From assembly GCF_008000775.2 (NCBI RefSeq), contig NZ_CP042905.2, positions 864,043 to 888,042 on the forward strand: a DNA stretch of 24,000 bases. Direction: 5' to 3'. Under the pieces are notes generated by a model that saw nothing but the letters and a program-made list of their open reading frames with translations, was not told the origin of the DNA and did not search any database. The DNA is from Promethearchaeum syntrophicum. Its GTDB lineage: Archaea > Asgardarchaeota > Lokiarchaeia > Sigyniarchaeales > Promethearchaeaceae. Position 1 is the stretch's first letter. Each line of letters begins with the position of its first letter. Of this stretch, positions 8,596 to 16,997 are shown piece by piece. The position numbers were made by a program, and so were the translations under genes.

Positions 8596-9582
8596 GTGGA
8601 AAACCTTGATGATGTATTGCCTTACCTAAAATTAAGAGATGGGGAAGAAATTTTGTTTGCGAAACGATTCGAAGGAGCCATTCCAATTACATGGTTAGCA
8701 AAATATCATGAACCAGAGAAATTTCCAGAACATTTAATTACAATAAAGAAAGAACATTATTTTTTTGATCAATTGGATATTATAACCAACTTTCGACTCA
8801 TAAAATTTGGCATAAACTATATTTACATGGAAAAAGATAGAGTAACCCCGCTTTCGGAGATTTTTCATCATGAAAATTTGTTTCTTTGGGTCAATTTAGA
8901 AGATATTATTGATTTCAATGTCCATTTTGAGTTAGTAAAAGATGGTTATGGAGGAATGGGATTTAAATTCATTGGAAAAGGAAGGTTGATTGTCAAAGAG
9001 AACCCTCTTCACTTCACAGGTTATAATTACGAAGAATATTGTCAAGTCCGAGATATTGCGGTAAAACTATTAAAATTTGATAAGCAAGAAATTGATAAAA
9101 ATGAAGATATGAAAATTCAAGAGATTATAAAAAATGTTGATAAAATGTCTGTCCCGATGTTTCTTGGAGTCATAATTATTGGATTATTTGTATTTGTCCT
9201 CAGTACTCCGATTGATGCCCAAAATCTTTCAGAATTTATTCTTTTTCATCCATTTGTTAGTCTATATGCGGTATATATGCTGTTTTTTCTGCTGTTTAAT
9301 ATTATAACCCGTTGGATACTTCATCAAAAGTCTAAAGAAAAGAAATTTTTCACTTTGATGAAGTTTAGTTTTGCTTGGTATATAGGACCAGGATATTCTT
9401 TAGCATTTTTTGGTATAGGAATTGGAGTATTGATGGTATATGGTGGACTTTCAAGTGTTATGGATAATAAATTGATTGCTTTGCTAATATCTTTAGGATT
9501 TTGGGAACTTGTTTTAGTATTTGCATTTGGGTTCGATATATACATTCATAAAAAAAAAAAAAAAAGCAAAAAAAGTCACTGA
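8596..9582 (+). CDS. hypothetical protein: ~185-aa soluble N-domain, about 4 TM, poly-lysine C-terminus
   Basis: 328-aa ORF with a GTG start directly after an in-frame TAA; the next in-frame ATG is about 78 codons in. The C-terminal HKKKKKSKKSH is encoded by an A16 tract. Confidence 0.6.
   Translation: MENLDDVLPYLKLRDGEEILFAKRFEGAIPITWLAKYHEPEKFPEHLITIKKEHYFFDQLDIITNFRLIKFGINYIYMEKDRVTPLSEIFHHENLFLWVNLEDIIDFNVHFELVKDGYGGMGFKFIGKGRLIVKENPLHFTGYNYEEYCQVRDIAVKLLKFDKQEIDKNEDMKIQEIIKNVDKMSVPMFLGVIIIGLFVFVLSTPIDAQNLSEFILFHPFVSLYAVYMLFFLLFNIITRWILHQKSKEKKFFTLMKFSFAWYIGPGYSLAFFGIGIGVLMVYGGLSSVMDNKLIALLISLGFWELVLVFAFGFDIYIHKKKKKSKKSH
9550..9565. repeat. A16 homopolymer inside the last codons of CDS 8596..9582
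   Basis: Counted directly: 16 consecutive A, encoding K5 plus the first base of the next codon. Confidence 0.9.
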
Positions 9583-9736
9583 TAAGAATGTTGAAGCGTT
9601 TTAGATATATTTCATGCATTTTTATTTTAATTTTTCTTGTTTTTTTCATTATTTATCGTAAAGCCTATAACGATAATTCATTAATATGGGCAAACATGAA
9701 ATTAATTGTTGGTGAAAAAAAATTCCTACAGATTTT

Positions 9737-10963
9737 TTGAAAAACTCGATTTGTGGATTCTATTGGATTCGATCAAGCGGTATTCCGTTTTTTAAATGGT
9801 TTTCTGAAGAATTTTTTGAAAAGAAATGGAATACAGACAATTTATTTTTTTCAGGTTTTTTTTCAGCGCTAAATTCATCTGCAGATACATTCTTTGAAAA
9901 CTCACCTCTCTCTCTTATTGAATTTGCAGATTACAGAGTTTATTGTAACACAATTCGTTCCGGTGATATTTTTGTCTTAATTACTTTGAAAGATTTCCCT
10001 AAGATAATTTCAGAGAAACTCATGAATAAAATGGTTGAGCAATATTATGAAACTGTTCTTTCAAACGATATTTTAGAAACTAAAGAGGAAAAAGATGTAA
10101 GAGTTCAATTTTTAAAATATATAGACGAAATAGAAGAGAACATAAAAGACGGAACTAAAATTTTAACTCTAAAAGAAAAAAATTTTAGAGATCAAGAAAA
10201 AAAAAAGAGTGTCAGTGCCACACAATTACATAAAAATATAAATCAATCCAATCAAGAACTCCAAACAAAGGTAAATGATTTGGAGTCAAAAATAAAATCC
10301 ATAGATATGGTAACAAAAACTATCGCGCATACATTTAATAATCTATTATCTTCAATCCTTGGATATGTAAGTTTACTCAAGGTTGACTATGAAAATGCGG
10401 AATTTTTCGATACTCTTGAGGAAATGGAACATTCGTCATTGCGGGCTCGAGATTTAACATCACAGTTATTAACTTTAGTAAAAAGTTTAGACTCTCATTC
10501 TAAGAAAATTGAAGGACGACAAAAAAAAGAATCATTACCGGTTCATACTAAACCGATTGAAAGCGATTCTCAAATTATAAAAGGAAGAGGAAGAATTTTA
10601 GTATTAGATGACGAAAAAACGATTTTAGATGTTGCAAATAAGATGTTATCTCATCTAGGGTATAATGTAAGTGGAGCTATTTTTCTTGAACAAGCTATTG
10701 AAATGTATCGCGTAAGTCTAAAAAAAGGAAGAAAATATGCGGCAGTAATTTTAGATCTATCCGAATTAGGTGGATCGGAAGGATATGGCTTGAAATTATG
10801 GAAAGAGGTAGATCCTGATGTTAAAACAATCATAAGTAGTGGATATGCTGATGATCCTATTTTTGAAGATTATAAAAAATATGGTATCAAGGCAGTATTA
10901 AAAAAACCGTATGATATTGCTAAATTGAGTAAAATTCTCTACGAAGTTATCAGTTCAAAATAA
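9737..10963 (+). CDS. signalling protein: roadblock/longin-like N-domain + coiled coil + HisKA/DHp H-box + receiver (REC); no HATPase domain
   Basis: - Residues 1-105 follow a b-b-a-b-b-a pattern (ICGFYWIRSSGIPFF..FFSGFFSALNSSADTF..IEFADYRVYCNTI..DIFVLITL).
- Residues 110-190 are K/E-rich heptad-like.
- The H-box is TIAHTFNNLLSSILGYVSLL (His198, nt 10328-10330).
- REC spans 286-405, with ILVLDDE, phospho-acceptor-like VILD340LS, IISSGY and LKKPY.
- Only ~35 residues separate DHp and REC.
- The start is TTG 9737 (or ATT 9722). Confidence 0.7.
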   Translation: MKNSICGFYWIRSSGIPFFKWFSEEFFEKKWNTDNLFFSGFFSALNSSADTFFENSPLSLIEFADYRVYCNTIRSGDIFVLITLKDFPKIISEKLMNKMVEQYYETVLSNDILETKEEKDVRVQFLKYIDEIEENIKDGTKILTLKEKNFRDQEKKKSVSATQLHKNINQSNQELQTKVNDLESKIKSIDMVTKTIAHTFNNLLSSILGYVSLLKVDYENAEFFDTLEEMEHSSLRARDLTSQLLTLVKSLDSHSKKIEGRQKKESLPVHTKPIESDSQIIKGRGRILVLDDEKTILDVANKMLSHLGYNVSGAIFLEQAIEMYRVSLKKGRKYAAVILDLSELGGSEGYGLKLWKEVDPDVKTIISSGYADDPIFEDYKKYGIKAVLKKPYDIAKLSKILYEVISSK

Positions 10964-10987
10964 TAAGAGGTATTTTTTTCAAATTCT

Positions 10988-12397
10988 CTAAATTTTCTCA
11001 GCGACAAATGGTTTTAGTGCATATAGTGCTAAGATGAATAAAGGTATCAGAGCCAGTTCCACAAATATCGATATTATAAAAGGCATTTGGTGACTTATTA
11101 TCCAAGCATAGCCTCCGAGTATTGGACCAATCACTCCTCCAAGCAGACCAACCCACTGCCGAATTCCAAAAATCTTCCCCCGATGAGTTTTTGAAAATCT
11201 ACTTAGGAAATTCTGTAAAATCAACATACCTAACCAAGCAAAAACCATATCAAAAACTAAAAGTAACCCGAAAATCCATTCTGAGGGTGAATTAATCAAA
11301 AACCAAGTAATCGATGCCCCCAAAATTCCCGTAATTAATATCGTAATTCTAGGATTTATTTTGTCTGCTAAAACACCTAATTTTGGGGCAAGTAGCTGTG
11401 CGATCAATTCACTTGGTAAATAAACAAGCATTACTAATATCGGGTTTTGAACAAAATTTTCAATTAAATAGGGTTGAAGGTAAGGATATGAAAGCGATTG
11501 ATTTATGCTGGTCAACATAAATGCCAGCATAAAAGTAATAAACCCAAAAACCAACAAACTCTTTCGATTATTATTATTATTATTATTTTCAGATTTTTCA
11601 AGATTAGAGTTTTCTTTGGTAACTAAATCAATAACTATCGAGGATTCTGGATCATTTTCTAATGAAGACATATAGATATCATAAGTTAGATTTTCATCAG
11701 TTTTTTTAAAAAATATAATCCCTGCATATATATTTGAAAAAGTGAATAGTAAAAGAGGGCTATAAACAACCCAAGTCATATCTGGAATGAATGTATATGA
11801 GATTGCAAAAATTGTAAGACTGATTAATGAACCGAATAAATTTCCCATTCCAATTTTTCCCCCCCTTTTTCCAAAAGCGGCTGCTCTGTAGGTTTTATAA
11901 GATTTTTGAGATATTAAAGCGTCTAAGGGTGTCCAAAAAAACCCTACTGCAAATCCAAGGAAAAATATTGCAAATGCAAACCCCAAAAATGATTTGAAGA
12001 TAATTGATAAATACATAATAATATACGAAATTGCACGACCAAATGACCCTATTAAAACCAGTATTTTCTTTGAATATTTATCAGTAAGATACCCCACAAT
12101 CAATGCTGATATTAACCCTCCGATTGTGCTTCCTGAAACAACAAATCCCAAATCAGTTCCGCTACCCCCTAATATTTGTAATGTGGCATAAGGCATTAGA
12201 AATGAAAAGAAGAAAAATCCTAAACTATTCCAAAAAATAATTTGAAGCATCGGTTTAAAATCGGGAGTCACCAATTCTTCCTTGTCTTTTTCAAAATCCT
12301 TCGGTTTTTTTGGTGATTTAATTTTTTTAGAAATAGTCGGTTTATCCAATATCTTTCCAGATTCAGATAAACTCTTCGGGGTGCTTGGGGGTGGCAA
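10988..12397 (-). CDS. MFS transporter with a K/P-rich N-terminal extension and a long central loop containing an N7 run
   Basis: 469-aa ORF with about 12 TM. It has an MFS motif-A-like GYLTDKYSKK and a second-half LADKINPR. The start is uncertain: TTG 12397 directly after a stop, or the first ATG at 12250 (M50). Confidence 0.75.
   Translation of the reverse strand: MPPPSTPKSLSESGKILDKPTISKKIKSPKKPKDFEKDKEELVTPDFKPMLQIIFWNSLGFFFFSFLMPYATLQILGGSGTDLGFVVSGSTIGGLISALIVGYLTDKYSKKILVLIGSFGRAISYIIMYLSIIFKSFLGFAFAIFFLGFAVGFFWTPLDALISQKSYKTYRAAAFGKRGGKIGMGNLFGSLISLTIFAISYTFIPDMTWVVYSPLLLFTFSNIYAGIIFFKKTDENLTYDIYMSSLENDPESSIVIDLVTKENSNLEKSENNNNNNNRKSLLVFGFITFMLAFMLTSINQSLSYPYLQPYLIENFVQNPILVMLVYLPSELIAQLLAPKLGVLADKINPRITILITGILGASITWFLINSPSEWIFGLLLVFDMVFAWLGMLILQNFLSRFSKTHRGKIFGIRQWVGLLGGVIGPILGGYAWIISHQMPFIISIFVELALIPLFILALYALKPFVAEKI
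11567..11587. repeat. (ATT)7 trinucleotide microsatellite, = (AAT)7 encoding Asn7 on the coding strand
   Basis: Counted directly. It is in frame in the central loop of the MFS gene (..EKSENNNNNNNRKS..). Confidence 0.9.
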
Positions 12398-12627
12398 TTA
12401 AATTTATTCCTTCAGTAAATTGTAAATCCTACCTTTTAAAACCCAGAAAATTTATTAAAATTTTGGAAAAATGTGTAACTATGTGGGATTAAATCTCTAC
12501 AAAAAAAAGTGCAACTTTATATTCTAAAAAACTTGTCTCTAAAAATTTTTATGATATGTAAAATGGCTTTATTTGGATTTAAAGGGAATTTGATGTGAAA
12601 TATCAAATCCAATTTCCAAGATGGATT

Positions 12628-12731
12628 GCCTTTGTAGTCTAGCGGCTATTACGCTGCCTTGGTATTAAATGGACAATTCGCTCCATTTTCAAAACAGGCA
12701 GATGTCGAGAGTTCGAATCTCTCCAAAGGCT
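12628..12731 (+). tRNA. tRNA-Thr (anticodon GGU) with a 31-nt intron at the canonical 37/38 position
   Basis: - Acceptor stem GCCTTTG/CAAAGGC.
- Anticodon stem CTGCC/GGCAG, loop TTGGTA|intron|A.
- T arm GAGAG-TTCGAAT-CTCTC, discriminator T.
- The intron ttaaatggacaattcgctccattttcaaaac forms a 7-bp hairpin (AAATGGA/TCCATTT).
- The D-stem is weak, with two mismatches. Confidence 0.85.
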
Positions 12732-12873
12732 ATTTAACTCTTTTTAATTTTTAATCGTTTAGTTTTATTTGTAGGTTTCCTCGTCACCATTGCAATACTA
12801 GTCCTATTTTCTTCTAAAGCACAGAAAATCTAATTTTTTAGTATATTAAAAATTAATAGGGTTTTTATTCCTC

Positions 12874-13215
12874 TTAATTATTCTGAAATTCTTCAATTGC
12901 ATTAATAACAATCCCAGAATACATCATTGAAGGGCCTCCCCCCAACAATCCCGTGACCATACATGCTTCTAATAATTCATCTCGAGTTGCTCCAAAATCA
13001 AGCGCTTTTTTTGTATGATAAACAATACACCACTCACATTTTTGAGCCACGCTAACAGAGACCATTATAATCTGTTTCATTTTAGCTGAGAGTACACCGT
13101 CTTTTTCAGCACTATGAATATATTTAGTGAATCCTTTTATTGCAGTTGGATTAAATTCGTTTAATTGATTGAAAGTTTTTTTTGCTTCTTCATTTAGAGC
13201 TTTTGCAGATTTCAT
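12874..13215 (-). CDS. carboxymuconolactone decarboxylase / AhpD-like family protein
   Basis: 113-aa ORF carrying the family CxxC-x3-H core (AQKCEWCIVYHTKKAL). Confidence 0.85.
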   Translation of the reverse strand: MKSAKALNEEAKKTFNQLNEFNPTAIKGFTKYIHSAEKDGVLSAKMKQIIMVSVSVAQKCEWCIVYHTKKALDFGATRDELLEACMVTGLLGGGPSMMYSGIVINAIEEFQNN

Positions 13216-13287
13216 ACTTATTTAAAGAAATCGTCAAAAATAAAGGATCACAAATAAATATCATACTTTAGAATTATGAAAAAATGC

Positions 13288-14898
13288 TTAAAATGCCTGA
13301 CGATGAACGAAAATCGAACGTAGGCCGAAATATTTAACAACCAGTCGGTAGACAGAAGAGAATAAATTATTATCCCCATTCCACGCGACTAAAACCTTTT
13401 CATATTTTTCTTCAAATTCCTTCAAAAATTCTATCATTTGATTACGCAGAGTGGTCAATTCGTATTCGGTCATAACCGCCAAAGTAGCATACTTGCCTTT
13501 TTCTAGCATGATGCAATAATCTTTTTGCTTTATGGTTTTTAAGGTCGAGCGGGAGGTAATTGCTTCTGTAATTGACATAACTCCATTCAGAACACCGCTA
13601 GTGAGGGATAAATCTGCCTGGAATTTTTTTTTTCGGAGAACCTTTGAATAAAGTGGAAGGCCCGAATCGGAGATGACTAAAAGTAGCTCAACACTTTGTT
13701 GCCACCTTAATTCTTCTTTGGAGGGGAGTGTTTCAGGTATTTGAAAAATGATATAAGGCATGAGAAGATAGACAAAAACTTGAGAAAATAAAAAAATAAT
13801 GGAATTTTCACCGATGGTGATAACTTGCATTAATAGATAATCAAACAAGATCCCAAGACTCATCCCCGTCCCTTGAATGATGAAATTTATACCAAATTGA
13901 ATCGGATAGTTCTTTTTCGGGGCTAATTCTATCGGAACAATCATAGTTGCTCCCGGAATTAAGAATGTAAATCCAATCCCCATGATTGCAGGGGAGATAT
14001 AGAGATATACATATATATTACCGATAAAAAACACCATTAATGCAATGCCAATCCCCATTATTATGACGCCTAAACCCATAGACCAACGACGTCCAATAGA
14101 ATCATATAACATTCCTGCAAAGATCGCAAAGATACTAGAACTAATGAATAAAACAATTATATAAGTACCAAGATTTGTGAGGAATTCGTCTCCAGAAAAT
14201 ATTGGATCATTATCAATTATTAGGACGGCTGCAAAAAAGAGATTGGAAATTTGAAAGCCCGCAAGAAGGAGTAGGATCCAATACCGTTTTTTCATCTTTA
14301 CTCCCTTTAGAAATTTTCTCCAAGATGTGGAATTTTTAGATATATGCATTTGATTGTGACCCAAGAAATATGCAAGAAGTGCTACTGAATATAAGAAGAG
14401 AATGAAGATAATCTGTCCAAAGGTATTGGACTTAAGATAAAGGAGCACATATATCGTTATTAGAATAAAACTAACCAAATTAGTGAGGTATTGCCATTTG
14501 CCAAGATATTGGGGGAAAATATAAACCTCTTTCGCATATCCGCTGATAATAGGAAAAATGTGTCCTAATGAAAGTCCAGTCAAGCTGAGGAAGACAAAAA
14601 TTAGCCAGGCTTGAGTTAGCAAGTGTAGACCAATATAAGATCCGATCAAAGTAGTTAGCGATACTAAAAATACAATATTTTGATCTTTTCTAGCTGAAAA
14701 AAAGATGAAAATGATGGCTCCGAGAACTACTCCCACGAAATTCACACAGATCCAGACTAAATTTAGACCGAATTCTTCTAAAATTTGAATAGCTAAGAAA
14801 AAATTTATAAAATATGAGAAAGATCCGGCAAGAATACCGGCAATTAACTTAAATCCTTTGGTTTGGAGCACTTTCCAGCTCTCCATAAGAAATGTCAT
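13288..14898 (-). CDS. MFS-like 12-TM transporter fused to a C-terminal roadblock/LC7-longin-like domain
   Basis: 536-aa ORF. Residues 1-390 are polytopic, with the MFS motif-A-like GMLYDSIGRRWSM. Residues ~400-525 (nt 13324-13701) are soluble with a b-b-a-b-b-a pattern: ELLLVISDSGLPLYSKV..SGVLNGVMSITEAI..IKQKDYCIMLEKGKYATLAVMTE..LRNQMIEFLKEFEEKY. Confidence 0.7.
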   Translation of the reverse strand: MTFLMESWKVLQTKGFKLIAGILAGSFSYFINFFLAIQILEEFGLNLVWICVNFVGVVLGAIIFIFFSARKDQNIVFLVSLTTLIGSYIGLHLLTQAWLIFVFLSLTGLSLGHIFPIISGYAKEVYIFPQYLGKWQYLTNLVSFILITIYVLLYLKSNTFGQIIFILFLYSVALLAYFLGHNQMHISKNSTSWRKFLKGVKMKKRYWILLLLAGFQISNLFFAAVLIIDNDPIFSGDEFLTNLGTYIIVLFISSSIFAIFAGMLYDSIGRRWSMGLGVIIMGIGIALMVFFIGNIYVYLYISPAIMGIGFTFLIPGATMIVPIELAPKKNYPIQFGINFIIQGTGMSLGILFDYLLMQVITIGENSIIFLFSQVFVYLLMPYIIFQIPETLPSKEELRWQQSVELLLVISDSGLPLYSKVLRKKKFQADLSLTSGVLNGVMSITEAITSRSTLKTIKQKDYCIMLEKGKYATLAVMTEYELTTLRNQMIEFLKEFEEKYEKVLVAWNGDNNLFSSVYRLVVKYFGLRSIFVHRQAF

Positions 14899-14941
14899 AT
14901 CAACCTAAATTTTATTTACACTTTTCGAGGATATAAGTTTA

Positions 14942-15541
14942 ATGGGTAAAAGGAATAACACAAATATTATGAAAAAACGAAAACTTAAGCCGAATTATAG
15001 TTGTTTTGCCGCACCGCATCCGACTGTGGTTGCAGGAACTTTCGTCAACAATAAAGCCACTTATACCACATTAGGAGATTTTGGGATTCTGTGTGCCTAT
15101 CCTTTGCATATTTATATTGCTTCTGTCCATACCCATTATCTTAATATTGGTATAAAAGAAAATATGACTTTTAGTGTAAATATCCCAAATCCAGACAATT
15201 TGGAGAAAACTGATTATGTAGGAATTGTGTCAGGGCATAAAACAGATAAATCAAAAGTGTTTGACTACTTTGTGGGAGATTTGGAATCAGTTCCAATGAT
15301 AAAAGAATTTCCAATAACCATGGAATGTGAAGTCCATGATATTAAACGAGTTGGGAGAAATGATGTGTTTATGGCGAAGGTGATCAATATTTATGCAGGA
15401 GAAGAATTCCTTGAAGATGGTGAAATCAATATGGATAAAGTAAATCCAATAACACTTTTTATGGATTTGTCTTATCGCACTATCGGAAAAACTGTTGGGA
15501 TTTCATATCAAGTTGGTAGGAATTTTAAACCAAAGCCTTAA
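14942..15541 (+). CDS. flavin reductase-like (FMN-binding split-barrel) domain protein
   Basis: 199-aa ORF. PTVVAGTFVNNKATYTTLGDFG.., DYVGIVSGHKTDKSKVF and ..MECEVHDIKRVGRNDVFMAKVINIY match the Flavin_Reduct domain layout. The true start may be an internal Met. Confidence 0.75.
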   Translation: MGKRNNTNIMKKRKLKPNYSCFAAPHPTVVAGTFVNNKATYTTLGDFGILCAYPLHIYIASVHTHYLNIGIKENMTFSVNIPNPDNLEKTDYVGIVSGHKTDKSKVFDYFVGDLESVPMIKEFPITMECEVHDIKRVGRNDVFMAKVINIYAGEEFLEDGEINMDKVNPITLFMDLSYRTIGKTVGISYQVGRNFKPKP

Positions 15542-16241
15542 TTTTCTCTTTGTTTTTAAAATATTTTGATGTATAATAGCCTTGAATCCAAAAGGTAAGT
15601 ATTTCAGCATACACAATCACTTTTTGCCCCACTACTTGGATAATTCTTCCTATTTCTGTCCCTGCACTGGGACCAAAGAAGAGTAAGTATAAGTAAACTA
15701 CCAAAATGACTCCCATTATGATATATATGTAGGATAGTATTCGAGGAAAATCTTTTTTTTGCAGGAAGGCTGTGACATAACAGATTACTACTGGCAAGGT
15801 TAATGGAAATGCAAGGTAAACAAAAAACATGTGAGCACTTAGGGATGCTTCTGATTTGTCCCACGGTGTAAAACCAATTCCAATGTATCCAATAGCTGCA
15901 ATGAAACCTAAGGTGCTTCCCAAGATGATAAGAATGTAATTGATCCTGTTAGATTTAAATATTGAAGGAATTACTGCAAAATAAGGCATCATTAATAAGC
16001 CGCAAAATAACGTTGCCATTAAAAACAATGTAGATGAAACCATGTTGGAGTCACCAGAATATCCCGTTATCATCCCCAAATCACTAAAAAAATTATTAAT
16101 TAAAGAATATCCCGGAGAGGTAGGTTCAAACATGTATCCTCCGGCAAAGGTAAACATTGCAATAATTGTTAATATAAAGAAAAGGGAACTACCAATCACG
16201 GGTGCGAAGAGTGCCCACTGTTTCAATTTGTTTTTATCCAT
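15525..16241 (-). CDS. DUF998-like polytopic membrane protein
   Basis: 238-aa ORF with about 6-7 TM. The N-terminal pattern ..GY..S..NNFFSDLG is typical of DUF998 proteins. It overlaps the end of 14942..15541 convergently by 17 nt. Confidence 0.6.
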   Translation of the reverse strand: MDKNKLKQWALFAPVIGSSLFFILTIIAMFTFAGGYMFEPTSPGYSLINNFFSDLGMITGYSGDSNMVSSTLFLMATLFCGLLMMPYFAVIPSIFKSNRINYILIILGSTLGFIAAIGYIGIGFTPWDKSEASLSAHMFFVYLAFPLTLPVVICYVTAFLQKKDFPRILSYIYIIMGVILVVYLYLLFFGPSAGTEIGRIIQVVGQKVIVYAEILTFWIQGYYTSKYFKNKEKIKALV

Positions 16242-16420
16242 AAATTTTTTTTGTCAATAGCGGTATTTAAATTATTGGCATAATTTTTCCCAGATAAAGT
16301 AGCGTTCAGAGAGCAATATTATTTCGAGTTAAGCAATCTGAAAAAAAAAACTTCAATTTTTTAACCCTTTTTAAAATCCTCTTCTAAATCGCGTATCTTT
16401 TAATTAAATTAATTGAATCA

Positions 16421-16912
16421 TCAAATGAATTTAGGAATCCATCGTGGAACTTTCTCTTTATATTCTAAAAACTCATTTCCGAATATTTCTTCTAAAATTT
16501 TCTCTTCAACCTTTACCATTTTATTATATACAAAGAAAATAATTATAAAAACACCTATAGATATCAGAGAAATGGAGAAACATATTACTGCGACATAGAT
16601 CAATAAAATCCCTAGATACATCGGATTTCTCACAAATTTGAAAATTCCTTTGGTCAATACTTTGGCTGGTGGTTGGTTATCCTTGAATAAGGTTTTATGG
16701 GAGATTTGGATTAAAACTAGAGCCATTAATACAAAGATTATACAGAAAATAATTCGTAGATAAAGTGGAACGACATCATTTAACTGGGTTGACCAATGTA
16801 AAACTTCTCCATCCAATATCGAGACAAGAGCAAATATGATTGGTGTTGTAATAAGGATTAGATGAGTACGAGGTGCTTCTCGTTCTTGAGGAGACAAATT
16901 ACTTTGATTCAT
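16421..16912 (-). CDS. isoprenylcysteine carboxyl methyltransferase (ICMT)/phospholipid methyltransferase family membrane protein
   Basis: 163-aa ORF with about 4 TM. The C-terminal signature is TKGIFKFVRNPMYLGILLIY...EEKILEEIFGNEFLEYKEKVPRWIP (RNPMY + EE..L...FG..Y..Y). Confidence 0.8.
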   Translation of the reverse strand: MNQSNLSPQEREAPRTHLILITTPIIFALVSILDGEVLHWSTQLNDVVPLYLRIIFCIIFVLMALVLIQISHKTLFKDNQPPAKVLTKGIFKFVRNPMYLGILLIYVAVICFSISLISIGVFIIIFFVYNKMVKVEEKILEEIFGNEFLEYKEKVPRWIPKFI

Positions 16913-16997
16913 AATATATATTATGGTTAAGCGATTTTTATTTATTTTTAGATAGTATTAGTTTAAATATACAAAAAAGAAGTTTGATTATAATAAA

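Noticed and set aside
9324-9649. Two minus-strand ORFs (9324..9545 and 9458..9649)
   Set aside because: They are antisense to, or overlap the 3' end of, 8596..9582 and read through the poly-A/T tract (FFFFF). They are shadow ORFs.
10651-10833. 60-aa minus-strand ORF
   Set aside because: It is antisense to the receiver domain of 9737..10963, which has all conserved REC residues.
11994-12191. 65-aa plus-strand ORF
   Set aside because: It is antisense to the MFS transporter gene.
12581-12627. Imperfect inverted repeat GGAATTTGAT..ATCAAATCC and a TGATGT string just upstream of tRNA-Thr
   Set aside because: It could be a leader hairpin or chance. The arms contain an indel, and there is no C/D-box pairing or other recognisable RNA signature.
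15604-16260. ORFs 15604..15864 (-) and 16042..16260 (+)
   Set aside because: Both overlap the DUF998-like membrane-protein gene in other frames and lack hydrophobic periodicity or motifs.
16413-16598. 61-aa plus-strand ORF
   Set aside because: It is antisense to the ICMT-like gene's signature-bearing C-terminus.
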